Origin: Paraspadella gotoi
Lineage: Eukaryota; Animalia; Chaetognatha
Length of the DNA stretch: 64,000 nt
Reading direction: 5' to 3'
NCBI GenBank assembly: GCA_051294375.1
Contig: CM119263.1
Coordinates: 1,391,690-1,455,689, forward strand
Part shown: positions 57,711-64,000 of the stretch, piece after piece
Layout: each line of letters opens with the position of its first letter
Position numbering within the stretch: position 1 is the stretch's first letter
Position numbers and translations under genes: made by a program
The notes under the pieces: model-generated
The model's database searches: none
What the model was told of the DNA's origin: nothing
Seen by the model: only the letters and a program-made list of their open reading frames with translations

Positions 57711-59707
57711 AAAAGAGAGGAGGAAGTGGGGGAGAGAAAAGGAGGGAGAGAGGGAGGAGGGGGTAGAGAGAGAGGCAGAGGGGGAGAGGATGGGAGTGAG
57801 AGAGGGAGGAGGGGGGAGAGGAGAGGGAGGCAGAGGGGGCAGAGGAGAGGTAGGGAGAGAGGGAGGAGGTGGAGAAAGAGAGGGAGAGGGGAGAGGAGAG
57901 GGAGTGAGAGAGGGAGGAGGGAGAGGGGGGAGAGGAGAGGTAGGGAGAGAGAGAGAGGGGAGAGGAGAGGGAGGGAGAGAGAGGAGGGGAGAAGGGAGGA
58001 AGAGGAGGAGGGAGGTGTTAACGTCCTTTCAAAGTTCCCGAATTCTGTCATATTCGTATTTTTTTGGTACTTTTTCACATTAGTTTTTATGTTTTATGTA
58101 CACTGTACAACGTACATGTTAATTTTAGTACAATCATTTTTGTTTTAGTTGTCATTCTCGTCGTCGTCGTCGTCGTCGTCGTTGTCTTCGTCGTCGTCGT
58201 CAATGACAACGACGACGCTGGCGGCATAAATGATCGCAGCTTCGGGTCTCTTTCGACTCGAGGAGAAAAAAGGGGAACGTTATGGGGGACATGTNNNNNN
58301 NNNNNNNNNNNNNNNNNNNNNNNNNNNNNNNNNNNNNNNNNNNNNNNNNNNNNNNNNNNNNNNNNNNNNNNNNNNNNNNNNNNNNNNNNNNNNNNNNNNN
58401 NNNNNNNNNNNNNNNNNNNNNNNNNNNNNNNNNNNNNNNNNNNNNNNNNNNNNNNNNNNNNNNNNNNNNNNNNNNNNNNNNNNNNNNNNNNNNNNNNNNN
58501 NNNNNNNNNNNNNNNNNNNNNNNNNNNNNNNNNNNNNNNNNNNNNNNNNNNNNNGTGAGTAAGTGTCGCTGAGAGAGAGTGACCGACTGTTAAATTTGAA
58601 GGAAATTTTATTTCACATTTCTTTGGATCACGAAAAAAGTTAATTACAAAAAAAAAATTAAACAAGAGGAGAAAAATGAATATAAGTTAAATAATTGTTA
58701 TTTTTTTTTCTTTCGTGGGTGGTTTAAATTAGCTAAATTAGCTAAGTTAAATCATAAAAACACAAAAACTAATATAAAAAAATTGTCAAACAAATAGTAT
58801 TAGATAAGAATGTACTTCATTACTTTCTACATAAAAAAGTAGTTAAGTTTTCTTTTTAGTAACGAATTCCAATGAAAAAGGAAAAGTGAGAGAAAGAGAA
58901 AAGAAAACTGAGAGAAGGAAAGAATCAAGAGGCAAAGAAGTAAAAGGAGATCAGTCGAGAGTCTTACACCAAATAAGTGATTGAAATTCAGAGTGAGACT
59001 CACTATGGATGATTAAGAGAGNNNNNNNNNNNNNNNNNNNNNNNNNAAAAAAGAGAGAGATGTGGGGGGAGAGAAGAGGGGGAGAGAGGGAGGAGGGGGG
59101 TAGAGAGAGAGGCAGAGGGAGGGGAGAGGAGTGGGAGTGAGAGAGGGAAGGAGGGGGGGAGAGGAAGAGGGAGGCAGAGGGGGGCAGAAGGAGAGGTAAG
59201 GGAGAGAGGGAGGAGGTGGGAGAGAGAGGGGAGAGGAGAGGGAGTGAGAGAGGGAGGGAGGGAGAGGGGGGAGAGGAGAGGTAGGGGAGAGAGAGAGGAA
59301 GGGGATGAAGGAGAGGGAGGGAAAGGAGAGGGAGGGGGGAGAGAAGAGGGAGGAAGAGGGAAGGAGGGACGTGTTAACGTCATTTCAAAAGTTCCCGAAT
59401 TCTGTCATAATTCGTATTTTTTGGTACTTTTTCACAATTACAAGTTTTAAATGTTTTATGTACACTGTACAACGTACATGGTTAATTTTAGTAGCAATTA
59501 TTTAATTGTTTTAGTGTCATTCTCGTCGTCTCCGTCGTCGTCGTTGGTGCTTCGTCGTCGTCGTCAATGACACCGACGACGCTGGCGGCATAAAATGATG
59601 CAGCTTCGGGTCCTTCGACTGAGGAGAAAAAAGGGGAACGTTATGGGGGGACATGTGAGAGATTTAAAGAGAGAGAAGAGAGAGAGAGAGAGAGAAGAGA
59701 GGAGAGA

Positions 59708-59762
<55 letters not shown>

Positions 59763-60254
59763 AAAGTGAGAAAGAGGAAGTGAGTAAGTGTCGCTGAGGA
59801 GAGAGTGGAACCGACTGTTAAATTTGAAGGAAATTTTATTTCACAATTCTTTGGTGACGAAAAAAAGTTACAGTACAAAAAAAAATTAAAACAAGAGGAG
59901 AAAAAATGAATATAGTTAAATAATTGTTATTTTTTCTCTTTCGTGGGTGGTTAAATTAAGCTAAATTAGCTAAGTTAAATCATAAAAACACAAAAACTAA
60001 TATAAATTGTCAAAAAATAGTATTAGAATAAAGAATGTACTTCATTACTTTCTACATAAAAAGTAGTTTACAGTTTATTTTTAGTAACGAATTCCCAATG
60101 AAAAAAGGAAAAGTGAGAGAAAGAGAAAAGAAAACTGAGAGAAGGAAAAGAAATCAAGAGGCAAAGAAGTAAAAAGGGAGATCAGTCGAGAAGTCTTAAC
60201 CATAATAAGTGATTGAAATTCAGAGTGAGACTCACTATGGATGATTTAAGAGAG
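57711..60254 (+). repeat. ~1.3-kb tandem duplication (57711-59021 / 59047-60254) split by an exactly 25-N gap
   Basis: Colinear copies; the 260-N gap in copy 1 (58295-58554) corresponds to ~125 bp of GA-rich sequence in copy 2. Confidence 0.95.
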
Positions 60255-60280
60255 AGGAGAGAGAGAGAGAGAGAGAGAGC

Positions 60281-60335
<55 letters not shown>

Positions 60336-61377
60336 TAAGAGGCTTCTGGAAGCGGAAAGATTCCAAGTTCCAAGCGACTTTGATAGTGGAAGGTGAAAAC
60401 CGAACTTTAAAGATGAAAATATTGAATGGGTGAAGTATTGCGTAGCTTGTGAAAAGTGATGTTTTTGCGTGAATTGAATGAAATTAAGACGAAAATAAAT
60501 TTTGGAAGAAGGAGCCCGATCATCTTCCCATGGAGGCGAATCGAAAGGAAAGCAGTGGAACGGATTAGTAATAAGTTAATGAGCTAAGATTCGTATCTCT
60601 GACGATGAGGCTTTGGGGAAAATATTTTTTTCAGTTAAGAGCAAAAGATAAGAAATAATTATTCGATGAAATGATTAGGGAATTGAGTGAGAAAGAAGAT
60701 CGACTTGACATTCTCGGGATATATAACGACAAAAGATGGTTAAATGTCTTTAACAACCTAATTTATTCGTTGATTAGCACGCGTTTTTTTCCCCGACTCC
60801 CATTTCTAAGAAATGAGGCGAAAATGAAAAAAAGGAGAAAAAGAGAAAAAGAGGACAACGGACGAAAGACAACCAAAGAGAAAAAAAGAAGACGGGGGCC
60901 ACTGGGATAGAAGATTAACAATATGATGATAATGAGGATTATGATAGGTATCATGATAATGATGATAAAGATAATTATGACGGCGAAGAGGATGATTATA
61001 ATTCTAATGATGAAAACGATGCTGCATTCAAATATAATCATTTAGTAGATGTTTAAGATGACAATGATGGTCGGAGATGATGAAAATAAGGATGACAATA
61101 ATGACGATGATGACAATGATATTGATGATGATGATTATGAATATCATTCTCCAGCGCTGTCAATATTCTCAGAAATTCAAGGATGACTTGGGCCGTAAAA
61201 CCTTGGCTGTCAACGAGAGACTGAAATTAACATCGCATCCTCTTATATACATATCATATATCAATTTTAAATTTTGTTGAATATTGTTCATATTGCAGAA
61301 AACTCTATATCTAAGAAAGAAAGAAAGAAAGAGATAAAGAGAGAAAGAAAGAAAAAAAGAAAGAAAGAAAGAAAGAG

Positions 61378-61408
<31 letters not shown>

Positions 61409-61940
61409 AAGAGAGAAAGAAACAAAGAAAGAAAGAAAGAGAGAAAGAAAGAAAGAAAGTCCTCACTAATAACTTTCTCTTACCTCGTCCACCTCATTTC
61501 CAAAATCTCCTGTTTTCTTTTTTTCTTAATTTTCTTTGTCCTTTTGTTTTCTCTTTCGTTTTCTTTCCAGTTTGGATGGAATCGAGGCCCATTATCGCCC
61601 CCGAATGCATTTGATGGAAGAGAAACGAGTTTCTCGCGGTTTTTCCGAATTTTCTCCGCCGACAAAAAGATGGCGCTCGTTGAGGAGAATTCGGCTTTTT
61701 ATGCTTTTTAGACGCCTTTTGTTTTTGATTTTCTTTGACGCTCAATAGAGGGACAGAAAGGAAGAGGGAATGAAATACACAAAGAAAAATATTTTTGAAG
61801 TCTTCTCATTCGTCGTCATCATCGTCGTTGTCAACGTCGTCGTCGTCGTCGTCATCGTCGTCGTCAGTATCGTCGTCATCGTCATCATCGTCGTCGTCAA
61901 CATTGAAGTCTTCATCACCTTAATGCTTCACCGCGTTAAT

Positions 61941-61976
<36 letters not shown>

Positions 61977-62934
61977 CGACATTACCTCCGACTTTATCGT
62001 GTTGCGAATACAAATGTTTAGGTTGTACCTTTCATCCAGTGGTACATGACTGTGGTAATGTTTCCTGATGCTTCAATTCTTGGTCTTGATTGGTGATGTA
62101 CCATGAAACATAGGGATCGTATTGGAATGCGATTTTAAGTAAAAACAAACTCAACGCCGCGCATGCGCGATTCTTTGGAATTACCCTTTGTTGTTCCGTG
62201 CCCTTTTTTAGCTTTGCTTCAGACAATACGCTGTCCTTTTGTTTCCTTTTATTCTCCTTTATTCCTCCACGCCCGCCAGACATATTCGCGCCTCCACTTA
62301 CCCGCTAGTCTGAAACCATTCGCCTGACTCACCTTCACTCACCCGTTGAGTCGCAAATCCTGTTTTTCATTGGATTCACTCCAATCCGGTGAAGAAGGGA
62401 AAGGAGGTGAGTTGAGAGGCGGGTAAGGGGAGGAGGAGGAGGAGGAGGATGAAGAATAAGAGGATGAGGAGGAAGAGGAAGAAAACCAGAAGGGATGTAA
62501 ATCATTTCTCGTTCAGTTTTTTTCCCCCCTTTTATTCGAATTCCTTTTTTTACTCTTTTATCATTTCCCTCTCATTTCTCAACTCGCGGAGCAACTCAAT
62601 AAGTCACTTTTCGGTGGCTCTGTCTGTTGGTCAGTCTGTTGGTCCATCCTACTCACGTTGTAAATGCTCATAATTCTTAGTATTGTTTTTTGGTTATTTT
62701 TGCACACGGAGAGAATCTCGAATCTAAGCGTTTTTAAAGAAAAGAGAAAAAAAAAGAACAAATAATAAAATGAATATTTAACGCCCTTGTGATTACCCGT
62801 GGTAAGAAAATCACTGCGGTGCAACTCAACAGAATCCCCGTTCTTGTTTTTATCTTTTACTATTAACCGTTTTTTTCACGGCTTTTCTTACTTTGTCTAC
62901 TGTTCCTTACTACTGTCTATTACAAATAAATACT

Positions 62935-63010
62935 ATAATTCACCTCATAGATTTTTTTTATGGAATCTCATACCAATCAACCTATCAACCAACCAAACAA
63001 TCAACGCATA
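62935..63010 (+). pseudogene. Possible degraded LINE ORF2 C-terminal fragment
   Basis: Translation LWNLIPINLSTNQTINA resembles the LWN.LP motif near the end of L2/CR1-group ORF2; very short. Confidence 0.25.
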
Positions 63011-63065
63011 GGAATCCAATCGAATGGGGGAGGCGTTTCTCTCTCTCTCTCTCTCTCTCCTCTCT

Positions 63066-63102
<37 letters not shown>

Positions 63103-63182
63103 CTGTGTCCGTCGCAGAAAATGACTGAAGATCCTGAGTCGATAAACTGGATTTTGATGAGGACAAATCGAAGAAGATGATT

Positions 63183-63494
63183 GATGAGGATAGAGGATGA
63201 GGATAGAGGGTGAGGATAGAGAATGAGGATGAGGATAGAGGATGAGGATAGAGTATAGAGGATGAGGATAGAGGATAGAGAATGAGGATAGAGGATGAAG
63301 ATAGAGGATGAGGATAGAGGATAGAGAATGAGAATAGAGGATAGAGGATGAGGATAGAGAATGAGGATAGAGGATGAGGATAGAAGATGAGATAGAGAAT
63401 GAGGATAGAGAATGAGGATAGAGGATGAGGATATAGAATGAGGATAGAGAATGAGGATAGAGGATGAGGATATAGAATAAGGATAGAGGATGAG
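63183..63494. repeat. GAGGAT/GAGGATAGA minisatellite (~14-bp unit)
   Basis: Direct reading. Confidence 0.93.
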
Positions 63495-63788
63495 TTGAAT
63501 CAGGAGGTATTAGGAGGTAAGTAAAGGTGAGAAAAAAGAAGACAAGACGAGAAACTAGACAAGAAAGTGAGAGGGAAAAATGGTATTAGCTCGGTCTTAT
63601 TTTCACAAATATCCTCATTTTATATTAAATTCGAAATTATAGTTTAATCCGGTTCTTCCGTCCGTTTGACGAGATTCCATCCTTGACCTTTCCGTAGAAA
63701 AAAAAAGAAAAAGAAAAAAAGGCGGTAACGCCAGCTCCGTGAAATGAGTCGCGTCCTTTTATTAATATTATTTTACAATTTTCATTTT

Positions 63789-63959
63789 ATACAGTTGAAA
63801 ATTCTATGAAATAATATACCACTTCATTGATAGGGAATCCAGGTACTCTGAGAGTGAATAAAGAGACTGTGAGAGAGTCTTGATTGAAAGCTTGCAGGGA
63901 CCTGCTATGTCATTATCTTGTAAGAGTGATGGAGGCTTTTACTCCCCATAGCCTGTCCC
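63789..63959 (-). mobile_element. Family A copy
   Basis: TATACCACTTCATTGATAGGGAA.CCAGGTACTCTG.GAGTGAATAAA...GTAAGAGTGATGGAGGC matches the 50518 and 53980 copies. Confidence 0.85.
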
Positions 63960-64000
63960 AAAAAGAGAAAGAAAGGAATAAGGAAGAAAAGAAAAAGGAA

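Noticed and set aside
62032-62283. 83-aa minus-strand ORF as a gene
   Set aside because: No recognisable motif or convincing splice signals; the length is compatible with chance.

Overview
Eukaryotic, AT-rich, almost entirely non-coding DNA from a gapped draft assembly. It is probably an invertebrate, with an arthropod suggested by TTAGG-like tracts and DINE-1/Helentron-like repeats; the species cannot be determined. Nearly all ORFs in the track are translations of (GA)n, (GAC)n, (GAA)n and purine-rich minisatellites. I see no complete gene, tRNA, rRNA or CRISPR array. Supported content: (1) two local duplications (about 8.4 kb and 1.3 kb), each split by an exactly 25-N gap and probably gap-filling artefacts; (2) several dispersed non-autonomous repeat families: Helentron-associated elements, a TA-flanked MITE, a fold-back TTAA element, a TIR element with a telomere-like core, and a Penelope- or LINE-like fragment family; (3) a minimal hammerhead ribozyme motif followed by AATAAA at about 45.5 kb; (4) GC-balanced islands: a Pro/Tyr-rich candidate exon missed by the ORF track (46.1-46.5 kb), a 124-aa orphan ORF (44.7-45.1 kb) and a densely hairpinned ~550-nt segment (51.7-52.3 kb); (5) a 42-bp palindromic repeat with consensus splice donors on both strands; (6) motif-dense, CpG-rich, enhancer-like patches. 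All family assignments were made by eye and need database confirmation.
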